Assembly (NCBI GenBank): GCA_002189035.1
Contig: CM007989.1
Span: 5,890,001-5,954,000 of the forward strand
Origin: Utricularia gibba
Taxonomy: Eukaryota > Plantae > Magnoliophyta
DNA: 64,000 bases
Reading direction: 5' to 3'
The notes under the pieces are model-generated. The model had not been told where the DNA came from. It made no database searches and saw only the letters and a list, made by a program, of their open reading frames with translations. A program made the translations under genes and the position numbers. Positions 13,579 through 26,888 of the stretch are shown in pieces. The first letter of the stretch is position 1. Each line of letters starts with the position of its first letter.

Positions 13579-14812
13579 TGATGAAAGTTGTTTAGTTAGG
13601 AGTTTATAATATAAAATTTAGGTTTTTATTTAGTTTAGGATAATTTTCCTGAATTTTTTATTTTAGCTAATATTTTTGCTAGTTTTGTTTAAGTTTTATC
13701 AAGGCGATGTGGCAAGGAGTGTGAGAAAGTAAGCAGTAGATGGCGACAAAATAGATCTTCCCGAACTGGCATCTCCTTGATTTTCGGAAGACTGTAAACA
13801 CCTAATGATGAACCTTGATGTACAGTACATGAGAGTCTCTGACAGATGAAATTATTAGTGTATCAGTATCATAGCAAAAGTTTTCTTGCAAGTCACTCCA
13901 ATCCAGCAGAAACAAAAGAATACGAAAACTCAGACAAAGTATTTCAGTTCAATTTAATTCGAACAATTCAGAATTCAGTTCCAGTTTCTTTGAAGGATTT
14001 TCCTCTAGTTTCTTTATTGGACCTTGTTTTATCTTTCCTTAGTTTGTATGGCTGTTAGCGGCTAGAAACTTCCATTTCTGAATTGTAATACTCCCAAATC
14101 TATGTTTCATTAGTTGCTATTCATTTCTTCTTTGAATCTGATCGGGTTCTGTATGTATTCGTGCAACTATGTTACAATCTTTCTGTAATAGCCCCCTTAT
14201 TCAAGATTCATGATTAGCTTATCATTAGTTACGAGTTTTGAAGAGGAGTAAGGTGGAAAGCACCAACTCATGCCCATTTGGCAGGAGGGAGACAATGTTT
14301 TGTTTGTGGCCATATCTTAGGATCAATGGAAAGATAGTGATCTCATATCTGGACTCATTGGGTCATTGAAATCACTCAGGTACATGCGTGCAATTCGATC
14401 ATGAGGGTATGTTGATAGGACCTCTAATCTTCACATTAGTCCAAGGTGGAGCAACAACGGGCTATTCCCATGCCTTCTTGCAAGAGAGTGTAAGCGAGGA
14501 TACACAATTTCTTACTCCTATCACCGAGTACTTGAGAAGAGTGGAGATGCGACGAATGTAACTGGGAAGGATTCCAATCCCAAACACATTTTCTTTATTT
14601 AAGGTTCATTGCTTAAGTTTATTTCCCTTTGCTTGTTTACATCCCCCCCCCTCCCGCTAACTTCCTTACTCAAGCTTCATAACCTACATTACTCAACATT
14701 TTACTTTACAAAACTGATTACAAATCGTGACATTTGTATTCGGTATAACTTCACATTTCACTTAAAACAAATCCTCGTGTTCGACACCCTATTACACAGT
14801 TGCTGTTTTACA
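13579..14812 (+). mobile_element. LTR family Z, probable full-length LTR (gypsy-like)
   Basis: Starts TGATGAAAG and ends ~TTTTACA before AGTTTT. It is homologous to 10425-11409. No TSD was found, so the right boundary is approximate. Confidence 0.6.
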
Positions 14813-15042
14813 AGTTTTAAAAATATTTTAAATTTGTTGTAGAAATGACATGCATCACACGCTTACTATGATTATGTGAATCACTTTCTTTCGTTTTACC
14901 TCTTCCTATGTAATTTACAATAAATTATATCCAATCTCTCTATGAGTTTAAATTCATAAGATAATAGAGTCTTGTGTTGCTTCTTTGGGAATATGGCATC
15001 AAGGCCTAAGCTCATAAGGTGTGAATTTGGGCCTTGAAATTT

Positions 15043-15319
15043 TGGTATCAGGGCCAAACTCTGGCTCATGCCGATGGTGGAATAAGGTGGCACTCAGCGA
15101 AGATGATGAGTGTCTAAGAGGAGGTGAACGTAAGGCTAGGGGCCTTATAACAGTTACAGTATCCCACATTGGTTACGGATAGGGGAGGAAATGTGCTTAA
15201 ATAGAGGGAGCCTACTAATCTTGTATGAGGTCTTTTCCTCGGAAGGGAAGAATGTAAAACTATGCTGGTTGGCTACCTAAAGTAGATAATATCATGTAAG
15301 GCATGTGTGGGTCATAACA
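15043..15319 (+). mobile_element. TRIM: PBS, internal domain, PPT and 191-bp 3' LTR; 5' LTR decayed
   Basis: Met-type PBS TGGTATCAGGGCC at 15043-15055, PPT AAGAGGAGGTGAA, and LTR at 15129-15319. The internal domain matches the reverse complement of 63620-63704. Confidence 0.82.
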
Positions 15320-16740
15320 GTGTGATCCCTTCCTCTATGACCTAAATCACAACATCTAATGCTGCCTTTCCCATTCATTTCTTGGAATAATTAGTGGTCA
15401 AAGCACTGAATGTAATACATAAAATCAAGAATGCTATGTAGAGCAAGTACGTAATCATCTGGATCAAAAGCTCACTACAAACATGTAGAATAAGCAATAA
15501 CATTTTGCATATCATGAGTCTCTTAACTATGTGATCATTTTCGTGCATGGTTGCATCCCCTTAAACTTAGTAACTTCAAATTGGAAACCTTAGAAACCAA
15601 GATCACAGGGTTCTTTTTGTTTTGGCCTCATAAAAACAATAGAAGGGTGCCACCCCCTATACTAACCCCATACGATTGCAGCCCCTCTTTCCTTTTCTCT
15701 TCAATTCCTCAACCTCATACCATCTAGTGACTAAAACTCCATAAGTAGTTGTCTCAAGCATGCTTGACATAAAAGAAGTATGTGTCTAGAGCTCTCTACA
15801 TAAGTCTTCTTTTTCAAACAGTCATACGGTACCATAATCTCATGACACATCACAATACATATAGATATCAGGTCATATTTCATGGATTTTTTCTTATTTA
15901 AAATTACCAAGTAAACATCCTTTGGAAGATAAGGAGCAGCATTTGAGCACCCAATAGAAAATGGGACTTGAAAACCAGTTTCTAGGTTCGGCAAATTCAA
16001 GAGAGTTGAAAACAAACTCATAACTTCCTTCTCGCATTTCCAAACCAAGAAATTCCTTTTGAAACAAAATCAAAATATAAGGAGATGCAAAAATCGCATT
16101 CACCATACCCAAAATATCATATGCAATCAGCAGTAAAAACCATGAAACTTATAGGCAGTCACATAAGCATAGATTTGCACATAAAACATAAAGAACAAAT
16201 TTAGAACTCATCATCTCGCTTACCCTTATCCAAATCAGCTCCTTTCAAAGCCAAAGCTTTTGCATATGACTCTAGTATAAGCCTGAAAAGTTCTGTGATT
16301 TTGGCATAGTACACAGCTCTTAACAGACTGAACTCCAAAATAGTACCAACTGTCTATGTGATATCACTGTCAATAGGTCACCCTTCGATCCCCCACATTT
16401 TCCTCCTTTCAAATATTTTCTCCTTCATCTATGCTCTATTCATAACCTTAGTCATACTTATCTTTAATTCCTCTAAATGAGATACACATCCTCACCTAAT
16501 AAAAATACATGGAACTTTCTGATTCTACATGAAACACATGTTAACACCCTATTAAAAGACATGGTGTTTTATGATTGGCCATGCTGCCCTTTTCATCTTT
16601 GTTTGTTCCAAACAAAACACATGTCATCAACTTATTAAAACGCATGGCATTTTCCGATTGATCATGATTGCATATATGATCTTTTTGTGTTCTACCATTT
16701 TCTTTTCCTCTTATTCCAATCCTAGTTGTGAAACCTCATA
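15320..16740 (-). mobile_element. Tekay-type LTR copy (solo or truncated)
   Basis: The reverse complement is colinear with 10210-10424 plus 12161-13410 (for example CTAGGATTGGAATA and GATCTTGGTTTCTAAGGTTTCCAA). Confidence 0.78.
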
Positions 16741-18867
16741 GTGGTGATGGTGATTTTGTGAGTGTATAGAAATGTCGAAGTAATAGATATGATCATCTCC
16801 ATAGGAAAATGTTTCAAAAAACATAATCAAATCGCAAATTAAATATCGAAGAATATAGTAAAACAGTCACATGTGTAGGACTTGTGCAAACAATGCTTCA
16901 CTACAGATCCATAGCTACAAGCACCTATACGCGCATGCTTGATTCTAACTTGAAAATAAACAAAAAGATAGTGAAAAATAAAAAGAAATAATGGTCAATG
17001 ATATCTCTAATGATTGAGAGAGTATAGTATTAATAGGAGAGAAGATTGGAAACTTATATTGAGTTTACTTGACAAGCTTGAATAAGATCTTTTATTCAAA
17101 TTTTTATCTAATCTTTTAGTATCATCAAATTTTTATCTCATCCATGAATTTTGAACCAAATCTTGGGCTAAGATTCATGACCTATCAAGCTCATAAAATT
17201 TTGGGTCATGATTTTTCTTCAAATTAACCCAAAAAATACCTTAAAAATCCACAAGATATATTTTTTTTTTCAAAAGGATCAAATTTATATAAAAGATGCA
17301 AAATTAATTAAAAATAATATTAAAATAAAGTATAAGATAGGTAAAAACAATCCTTAATTGTGATGGAGAGATATGTTTTGGAAGGATGTTTCGGAACAAC
17401 TCAAATTAGTTATCAAGTAGGTATGAGAAACACATATGTCGTCAGGTTTGAGAAGCCAACTCCAATCATCATGAGTTTCAAAGATACCTCAAGCATCCGG
17501 AGCCCTAGACCTCTATTGGGCAAGAAGAATCCACAATTTGAGGCATTTTTTTTATTTCCTATCCATCGTGTTCTATCCTCCCATCGTGTTCCATTGGGAC
17601 TCTCTATCCTATCGATTCATTTTGGTTGAAAATTTTCATCATGTCTATATATTGCGTTACTTGCCATCATTTTCGAGGTGTGACTAATCATAATAATCAA
17701 GAAAACATTGCTATTGACACAATGGAGTAAATCATCAGGCAGTGTTAAAATGGTGTAAATCATTAATTTAATTTTTTTAATATACAAAAACATAAATTCA
17801 ATTAAAACTATTAAGAAAATTAAATTCTTATGGAAAAACTACAGTTTACGAAATATCATATTAATTTTCTTCTTGAAAATTTCTGATAAATATGTGTTAT
17901 CATGATATTAGTATCCTTTGTAATTTTAATTATGGGAGGGAGATTTACCTCGTAAACACAATGGGTGTTCATACTCTAAAAGTTAGACACTGTCGGTGAG
18001 TGCACGTGGTGGGCCCGGTTCCCTCTCAGCTCCTTGTTGGCGCCAGCCGAATTTGTTCCTTGCGCAATCCTCACTCAAGCCTATCCTCCTCCACAGCCAA
18101 ATGGCAACACGTACAAATCTTCGCAGATCAAGAGACGGAAGCATGCGCTGCAATTATGGGGAATGAAATTTCTTCCAGACATGGCGACAATTATGTTAAA
18201 TGATTGCATTAACAACATGTAATGCAGGTAGGTTTTGTTTTAGGCCGGTGCACGTACGAGTTGAATTTAGGTAGAATGAATTTAGATTTAAATTAAATTA
18301 TTTGATACTATTATACAATACATATTAATTACTTAATATATTATGTTAAAATTATAGACATGATTTTGAATTTAATAGGAACATATACATCCGCTGAACA
18401 ACTTACTACCGATTTGGAATTTTGAAATCCTCATGCTCTCCAAATTCATACAAAATTAGGCACGGACTGGGTGCTACGGCATGAGATTCAAAACTAGGAG
18501 AGGTGAGGTGAGGAGTGTTATAAAAGAAAAAAGTATTTCAATGGCACGAAACTAAAGCCTGCAAAAGCAGTTACCCTTGGCAGAATAATAAAAATCATTC
18601 AAGATTTTGTTTCCAAGGCTATTTTACATTGTAATTTATCGTTTAACAAATAATATAATTTTTACTGTACCGCATTCCGGAGTTCAAAATTATTTTCAGC
18701 CTCCGTTGCCAATTCTTTTACTTTCCCTTAATTAAGCCTTGAAAGCTGTAGCTGAAGGTGGGTGGCACCGGGCGGTCTCTATCACACACTTCTCCCCCTA
18801 TTTCTCACCCTCACTCACACTCCCACTCCCGCTGGACCCTAAAACTGCCTTCCTTTCTCTGCCGCCA

Positions 18868-20112
18868 ATGGAGCACCGCCGTGCCGTCTCCGCCGCGTCG
18901 GCCCCTGCCCTTTTCTTTTCACTCCTCTTTCTTCTCCTTCCCTCCAGCACTCACTCCCACAACATCACCCAGATACTTGAAAAGTTCCCAGAATTTTCTA
19001 CCTTCAATCACTACTTGACCGTCACCCAGCTCGCGCCGGAGATAAACAGTCGTGAAACTATAACCGTCTGCGCGGTGGACAACCCGGGAATGGCGGATCT
19101 GCTAGGAAAGCACCTCACACTTGGCGCTATCAGAAACGTGCTTTCGCTTCATGTTCTCCTCGATTACTTCGACGCCAAGAAGCTCCACGAGATAACTGAC
19201 GGCACCGCCCTGGCTGCCACGATGTTCCAGGCCACCGGTTCCGCCCCTGGATCCGCCGGATTCGTCAACATTACCGATCTGAAAGGAGGAAAGGTCGGGT
19301 TTTCGCCGCAGGGCGGAGATGTTGCTGCTACATTCGTCAAATCTATCGAAGGGGTTCCGTATAATATCTCCGTCATACAGATCTCCAAGATCCTGCCTTC
19401 TCCCGAGGGGGAGGCGCCAGCGCCAGCACCCACTGAGATGAATATCACGGTGCGTATGTCTGCCCATGGCTGCAAGGTGTTCGCCGACACACTGATCGGA
19501 AGTCCCGCACAACAGACATTCGAGGACAATCTCCAAAGCGGTGTTACCATTTTCTGCCCTAGCGACGACGCCATGAAAGCGTTTCTACCCAAATTCAAGA
19601 ACCTAACCGCAGACGGCAAGCAATCTTTGCTGGAGTTCCACGGAATTCCAGTTTATCAATCGCTCTCCGGACTAAAATCGAGCAACGGATTGACCAACAC
19701 ATTGGCCACCGACGGTGCACGCAAATTCGATTTCACCGTACAGAACGACGGCACCGATGTCACGATTATCACCAGAGTCGTCACCGCGAAGATAGTCAAC
19801 ACGTTGGTTAACGAGCCGCCGGTGGCGATCTACGAAATAAACAAGGTTCTTATGCCGATTGAGCTTTTCAGATCGGCGCTCCCACCTGCCCCTGCTCCAG
19901 CTCCGGAGGCCGACGCCGAGTCACCGAAGCCTTCTAGAAAACACAAATCTCCGGTGGCTCCGGCTGACACTTCCGAGTCCCCGGCGAATGCGCCTGACGG
20001 CGACGCCGCGGATCAGACGGCGGATAGTAGCAAGGCAGCCGCATTTAAGGGCCCGAAAATGGGTGCGCTGGCCCTGAGCATGGCTCTGGGCTTCATCTGC
20101 CTACTGAAGTAA
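18868..20112 (+). CDS. Fasciclin-like arabinogalactan protein (FLA1/FLA2 group), 414 aa, single exon, GPI-anchored
   Basis: The ATG at 18868 precedes a signal peptide. Two FAS1 domains follow (HNITQILEKFPEFSTFNHYL...HVLLDYF; TIFCPSDDA...YEINKVLMP), with APAPAP AGP linkers and a hydrophobic C-terminal GPI signal. The absence of an intron favours FLA2-like. The 43-aa extension in the ORF track starts at a TTG and is treated as 5'UTR. Confidence 0.95.
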   Translation: MEHRRAVSAASAPALFFSLLFLLLPSSTHSHNITQILEKFPEFSTFNHYLTVTQLAPEINSRETITVCAVDNPGMADLLGKHLTLGAIRNVLSLHVLLDYFDAKKLHEITDGTALAATMFQATGSAPGSAGFVNITDLKGGKVGFSPQGGDVAATFVKSIEGVPYNISVIQISKILPSPEGEAPAPAPTEMNITVRMSAHGCKVFADTLIGSPAQQTFEDNLQSGVTIFCPSDDAMKAFLPKFKNLTADGKQSLLEFHGIPVYQSLSGLKSSNGLTNTLATDGARKFDFTVQNDGTDVTIITRVVTAKIVNTLVNEPPVAIYEINKVLMPIELFRSALPPAPAPAPEADAESPKPSRKHKSPVAPADTSESPANAPDGDAADQTADSSKAAAFKGPKMGALALSMALGFICLLK

Positions 20113-21032
20113 AATGGGTGAGTTTTACGGTGTGTGGTTGGGTTTTGCTTTAATTTATTATGGGCGGTGTTTGAATTACTTTTACCCTGTTTTACTCTGT
20201 GGCCCAGTGCCCCTTTGAAGAGCAGCTGTGTTGTACCCTACCTCCTGAAATGAGGGCTATTCAATTTTTTATTTGTTTGCAAGGGTAGTTTGTAACTGAG
20301 TTATAATTTTCCCCGATTCACTCCAAAACCGTAACCTGGTACACTTTTCTGGACACCTTACGAGGCCCCCATCCACGTATGTGACATGGATCGTCCTTGG
20401 GTCTTCTAGATACATGACCAACCACTACATCATCACTTCTGTGTCTTTAAAGTAGACATGGTGTTAGTTTGGTTACAAAAATGATCGTTCCATTTTAAGA
20501 AAACAATAAAAAAAACGAAGACATAAATAAATATATATTCTTTTCACCATTCTCTTTATATATCAATTTAATTTAGATTAAAAACGTAGCATAATCTTCA
20601 ACTATTTTTTTTATTTATGCATTCTTTATATTCAATCCTACTTTTCTTTATTTTTGCAATTGTCAACTTCAATCATCCATTTTTTTATCTATTTAAGCAA
20701 AGATATCATCACATTTTATCTTCTTTTAATCAATATGATTTTTGAATCTATTGTGACAAAGATTTTTTTTTTCCAGTGAAAATGTCTAGAAATATTATAG
20801 CAGATAATAAGCATATGATCAAACTCTAGTCATTATCAAAAGCATTAAAAATCATATATAATTGAAGAATGAATTGTCACCATTACAAGTCAACTTCATA
20901 AAATAATAATTTATGTACAATATTACGATTCCATCATTTAACAAATTCATTTTTAGAAGGAAAATCAAAATAAGATGTTTGAAATTATAATGAGTTAACT
21001 TACATAGGTTCAACTACATCTAACAAACACCC

Positions 21033-22250
21033 CTATTCAACTAGTGACAACTTATACTCAATTCCAAATAATCGAAAGCAAATATTTCTAAGTTCATCTA
21101 CTCTAATAGGTATGTCATAATTGAAGGATAGCATAAAATTCATAACATAACTCAGCACATGTGGGCAAATTAATCTCAAATAGGCATAAGGAATGTTTGT
21201 GTTTAAGTCTATCTCTGTCCTCAAATTCCATCTCAAGTTCACATAAGGATTGATTATCGACATACTTTGTAGTGTTCTTGATCAAGTTGTACCTATTCTT
21301 TTGGTCTCTATTCTCAAATCCCAAATGAGTCTTGTCTGCTTCAAAGAGGAGAGTATTTTGGAAGATCTATTGCATTTGATACATTTTCCTTCTCAGATTT
21401 TCTACAACTTCCTACATCTCATTTTTTTCCAATGATCCTAGTTCTCCTTGATTTTCCAACTCTTCCTCTTCATCTGATATATTTTCTGCTGGTTCCATTT
21501 CTTGCTTTGCTTCTAGTTCACTCTCAACCTTATCTTCTAACTCCTCTAGTGGTTTTGAATTTTTTTTTTTATGTGGTTCAGAGTCTGATTCAGGTTCTGA
21601 ATCTTTAGGGAGGGGTTTATATGATTCAAATCTTCAAGCATTTGTTCAGATTTAAGTTGTTCCTATTCCACTCCATCCTAGCTATCATCTCCTGCTTCTT
21701 AAAGCACCAATTACTCTTTTTTTTAATGCTATTTCTATCGTTGTCTATGGCATTGGAGCAGGTTCAATGTCCATAGCGACTTCTTCTAAGTTTTCTATAG
21801 TTTGGGTTCTTCAATTCCACAATCATGGGATCATATCTCACCAATGCATGTTTTTCTTGTTTCTACATTTTTTCAGCTAGAGTAATATCCATCTCACTCT
21901 TTCTCCTGCCTATTTTTGAGAACGCCTTCGTAGGTGTTGCTACACATTAAGTTAATTGTCCATTGCAATTTCTTCTAAATTTACTATGAAAGGTGTTGTT
22001 TTGGGTGTCACTTGTTCGCATCTTGTAGAGGGTTTTGTCGATGTTTTCCTAATCTTCATATTCCAATTGTACTTCTTTGATTGGTGTGCTCTGCTTAGTA
22101 ATCAAAGCAGAGAACGTGGGTAGGGACTTCCGCAAACTTGCATGGTGTAAGGTTTGCTTTGTTTCCTCTCCCTTGATTCAAGGGGAAATCCCATTTTGTG
22201 GTGTTCAAAAATTTAATCCTGTAACCTCAAATGCATTTATCTGAAATCGA
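21033..22250 (-). pseudogene. Degenerate Athila-like accessory ORF (ORF1/env-like) relic
   Basis: LFEINLPTCAELCYEFYA resembles the Athila/plant-transposon-protein Y..L..EF motif and is preceded by an acidic low-complexity stretch. The region has many stops. Confidence 0.45.
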
Positions 22251-24069
22251 ATCCAACATGCAAATGACTTAATAAAGAATTCTAAAAAATAAAATAAAGT
22301 AAAAAAAATTAAAGAAAATATGAGGTAACTCCTAATAGTAGCTTATTTTTTGTTGGCCTAGAGAAAGACCTCGTAGCAACCCTTATATGTTTTCTTTAAT
22401 GTTAGAGAATCATCTTCGACTCTTCCATGTTCATCCTTTGGCATTATCTTGAAAACAGCAGCAATTTTCTCAGAAATATTTATACAGATTTCATGATAGG
22501 AATAATTTGGATAGTCATCCTCCTATATTGTCTTATTTACCTTCTTTGCCTAATAATTCTTCTCTTTCATATGCATTTGTTGTTCTCCTACAATCCTCTA
22601 AATCTAAGAAAAGCTCTACTTTCATAAGAATGCAAATGCATTAATTACAAAAATTAAAAAAACACTTAGATCCTTCCAACAACGTCATTTGATGGATAGA
22701 GATTTCTTTAGCTATCGCAAATTTAGAAATCTTTTTGCATCAAAACATTTCTTTACTGAGCAAGTATTTCACAAATATTCTACTATCAAATAAATGCGGT
22801 AGACAATGTGGATTTATAGAGGGCAATGGGTTTTCAACTGTAAGCTTTATGCATAAGCTAGAATAAGAAGGGTTTAGCGGAATTTTTGTATGTGTTTTTG
22901 TAATTAAATAAAACATTTCAGATCCTTATAAAAAAGGAAAATTATCTTACAAGAGTAGAGATACCATTTAGCAAAATCACTTAGTAACTTTTACTAAGTA
23001 TTTTTATTTAAACAAATATATTCTAATTAAAAGCTAGTAAACACATTTTGAAATTACACCCTATTGCAGTTAAGGCAATTTTAACACCCTATTGTAGTTA
23101 AGGGTAAACAAGCAATGCGAGGTAGGTCAGATTTACTAAAGTAAATAGTTCTAAAGCTTACATGTCTAAATTACAAAAATAATAAATAAAAATATGAAAT
23201 ACATTCTCATGGCACATGGCCTAGGCAACATGAGAGTCTTGAATACCTTCTCATGCCTTTCCTCTTACTTTGGTTGTGTTCAAAGCTGGGTTGTGGTTCC
23301 CTTTGCACCCTTTCATTGCTTCTTTTATTATAATGTTGGAAACCCATATCCAAGGATCGGTAGAATACACCCTTTTCATGCCATTCCTCTCATTATGCTT
23401 TCATTGCTTCTTTTGTACTTCATCTGCACATCCTCGCAACTCTCATTTCCTACGTGAGTTTTGAAATTGGAAAAATATTTCCACTAGCTTGAACCCCATC
23501 TTAGTTGTGTAAGACTTTGATAGAATGCATATCCAAGGATTAGGAGAATCATGGCATTGATCTAGGCCCATTTTTTCACTCGCAAAGCTGAGGTTACTCT
23601 CTTACTAGATCACTTGGGCTAAGGGAGTTTAGCCCAAAAAGACCATAAAAACAGAAATGAAAATGAAAGCTAAGTATTATTATTGACACATAATAATATC
23701 TAATAAATAACTAGAAAATGATACTTAACAGATTTCTTTTGTCCTCTTCAACTTCTTTTCTACAATGAACAATCATGTCTTTTAGTTGACTGATTTTTTA
23801 AATGGTGAGTTCAAGATTGCATGAAACAAAGGCAAGTTGATAACTCATAGTTTTTAGTAGTTTTAAATTATAAAATGAATGTTCTTACTTTTCCAAGTTA
23901 GGATTTTGTTACGTATTTTGATATTTTTACAAATCACAACACGGTAATATTTTATTCTAGAATAAGACTAAATAATTTATTTAGCCCTCAATCTTTGATT
24001 TAATCCTCTTCATTAGAGTATGCATCAAATTCTCAGCAATCTAAATTCCAAAGAGCCAAAAATACATAG

Positions 24070-24590
24070 ACGGATTTAGAAAGATGGAGACAAAAGGAAT
24101 AAAAAGGTACACCAAATCCCCGGAAGAGAAAATGGAAAATTTTTGAACAAGAAGCAGAAAGAAAAATATCTAAGCTTCATAGAACAAGCAAGGGGCACCC
24201 AGAAAAAAGATAGAGGGTTGCAACTAAGTGAAGTTGAAGGGGGTGATACTTTTTTACTGATTTCTTGAGGCCAAAGCCACAATAATCTATTGATCTTAGA
24301 GTCTATGTTTTTTTTCATAGTTACTAAGGTTAAGAGAGTGTAACCATGCATGTAAATGGTTACATATATGAGGGAGTCATGACATATTAAATGTTATTGC
24401 TGATTCTTCATACATTATAAAGAGCTTACATTTTAGGTATTTACATGCTTGTTTTACTTGTTCTTATTGGTTCTATGTATTGCAAATTTTCTAGAAAGCG
24501 ATTGGACAATGAGATGACTAAGTGTTGTGATCCAGATCATAGGGGAAGCAGTCTTGCTGTTGGCCATCCTAATTGTAAATATTTCATTTT
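24070..24590 (+). repeat. Decayed Tekay LTR 3' fragment
   Basis: Shares GAGTG-AACCATGCATGTAAAT and TGTGATCCAGATCATAGGGGAAG with 13160-13395. Confidence 0.65.
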
Positions 24591-25072
24591 TATATATCTT
24601 ATTAATTGCTTGTATTCTACTTTAGTAGCTCTAAAAAAATGAATGATGATATAAATAAGTTTGGTGTTGTTATTATGTTATAGATGAATTTGATGACTAT
24701 TCAGTCATTGGTGAAGTTGGTTCTTGATCATTTTTAGATAGATAAGCTAGAGTATTCATATTTCAATAGAATTCCGAGGCAAATTGAACATTTGAAAAGC
24801 CTAATTTCAGATATTAATAGCGGTGCATTAGATCAATTGAGAGATTTAAAGCATGTATCTTTGATGGAAAAATTGTGTTTTTACCTCAATGTGTTGGATC
24901 ATGACCTAAAACACAGATACAGAAGCATAAGCTTAAAAGATCTACATGGACCATTAGTCACCATTTTCAAGCGGTTCTATGTGGACTTTTTTGTTTATAT
25001 AATAGGTTACTTATTAAGCCAACTTTTTAATAGCTACAAATACCATAGATATAGTTTCTTCTCTCCTAATAA

Positions 25073-25454
25073 TAGGGGTGCAAACAAGTCGAGTCGGCTC
25101 GCGATCTTTTTCGAGTCGACTCAAGCTCAACTCGACTATAGCTCGGCTCGATCAAGTTGGAGCCGAGCCAATATCGAGCCGAGCTCGAGCTTTGCATTCC
25201 AAAGCTCGAGGCTCGAGAAGGCAAATTTTTGGGCTCGAAATGCATTTTTAGGCTCAATGCATATTTTTGGGCTCAAATCGAGCCCGATTTCGAGCCAAGT
25301 TTTCTTGGACTCGGCGAGCTTGAGCTCGAGCTCGAGCCTAAAAATATACAATCGAGCTCAAGCTCGAGCTCGAAATTTACTGGAAAGCTTGGCTGGACTC
25401 GAGCTCGAAATTTACTGGAAAGCTTGGCTCGACTCGAGCTCGTTTGCAGCCCTA
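25073..25454. mobile_element. hAT-type MITE, 382 bp
   Basis: TIRs are TAGGGGTGCAAAC and GTTTGCAGCCCTA. The perfect 8-bp TSD CCTAATAA is at 25065-25072 and 25455-25462. The interior is built of GAGCTCGAGCTC motifs. Confidence 0.93.
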
Positions 25455-26888
25455 CCTAATAAGTTGTAGTTTTTTGTTTTAATCTAGAATTGACTAGAAG
25501 CTTTGGATGGCTCATATTTTCAAGCAAGGGTACCATGTGATGATAAAGCGAAACATTGAAATTGAAAGGGACAAATATCATTTAATGTTTGAAATACATG
25601 ATTCTTGAAAAACATGAGTTATTTTTTCAAACTAATTTTAAAACATGACTCTGGTTTTCTAAGTACCACATAAGATTCATAAATTATACTATGAATTTGA
25701 TTTACAAAAGATCAACTTCACATAAACAGAATAGTCAATAGTTTAAAGATGACTAACAAAATATCAGCACTCCAAAAGAAAGAAAAGGATCTTAGAGTTG
25801 ATCTATGATCCTTTGTATTATCACATGACATTCTTCCTAAAACCTTATAAAAATTTGAAGTTGTACAGAGGTATTGATAATCCTTTTGAAACGTTGGTTA
25901 GCTGAACAGTAGATATACCATATCAATGTTTCGAACAATGTCAACTACATCACTTATCTTTGTGTATATGTTGATTATGCACCCTTATTTTCAGCCATCC
26001 TCGGGCAACATGAAAATAAGAAATCATCCCAACATTGTCTCATTGTTGTTAGGCATGTGGTTGGAAGAGTAGGCTATTGACAAACTTGCACGTCATAGGA
26101 CAGATGTCTCTCATCAATTCCTCTAATCACGTAAGCTTATATAAAAACTTCCTTATCGAACATTCGATCTAAGTGTCTTTTGGATTACCCTTGTTGGGTG
26201 GAATGTGGTCTAAGAATTACAAGGAGATTTAAAGGTTTCTCCTTAAGTTCTTCACTACACAGCATATGAAACATTATCAATCCTCATGCTAATATTGAGA
26301 TACATGAGAGTTATTTCTTCGTATTGTTTCAAGTGATTGAAAACATCTACAATATTAAATATATTATTTAATATAACATAAATTAGTAATTTTTTTAATG
26401 GAATTAGAAATTAAAACTCAAAATTATTGACAAAATGTAATCTTTGCTCTATATGATATTATTCATTTAGTATATTTAATTTTTACGATTTTGTATTTTT
26501 CTATTTTAATAAAAAGATTTCATAAAAAATTGAAAAAATTAAAAAAAAATCCTTTATTTAAATATGTTCTCTTCTCTAACACAAAATCTACTAATTTAAA
26601 CAGTGAAACTACCTTGCATCCATTGCATTGCACTTATTCTCATACGCTTGGAAACTCTATTGATATACTGTATCTGAGATTTGGGAAGCATTCACTAGTT
26701 TTCAGTAATTACTTAGACCCAAACATGAAAGTTGAAGCACCGTAAATAAAAGAGTGAAGGTGCAAAAAGGCGTCATCCTCTACAGGAAGTCCACAAAGCG
26801 ATCAGCATCCAGTGATCACGAAGAAAGGAAAATGCAACTCGGTTATCATGGCGGCGCCAGTAGTGGCTTCAACTGCTCAAGTCCACTT

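Noticed and set aside
19102-19619. 144-aa and 151-aa antisense ORFs
   Set aside because: They are shadows of the GC-rich FLA coding sequence.
23340-23570. Repeated CATATCCAAGGAT and GCATTGATC, reminiscent of miR393
   Set aside because: There is no contiguous mature-miRNA match and no fold-back partner that I could find.
24792-25469. 225-aa ORF, and overlapping ORFs at 25066-25459
   Set aside because: It runs through the stop-poor GAGCTC-repeat MITE and its TSD. It is a chance open frame with no domain.
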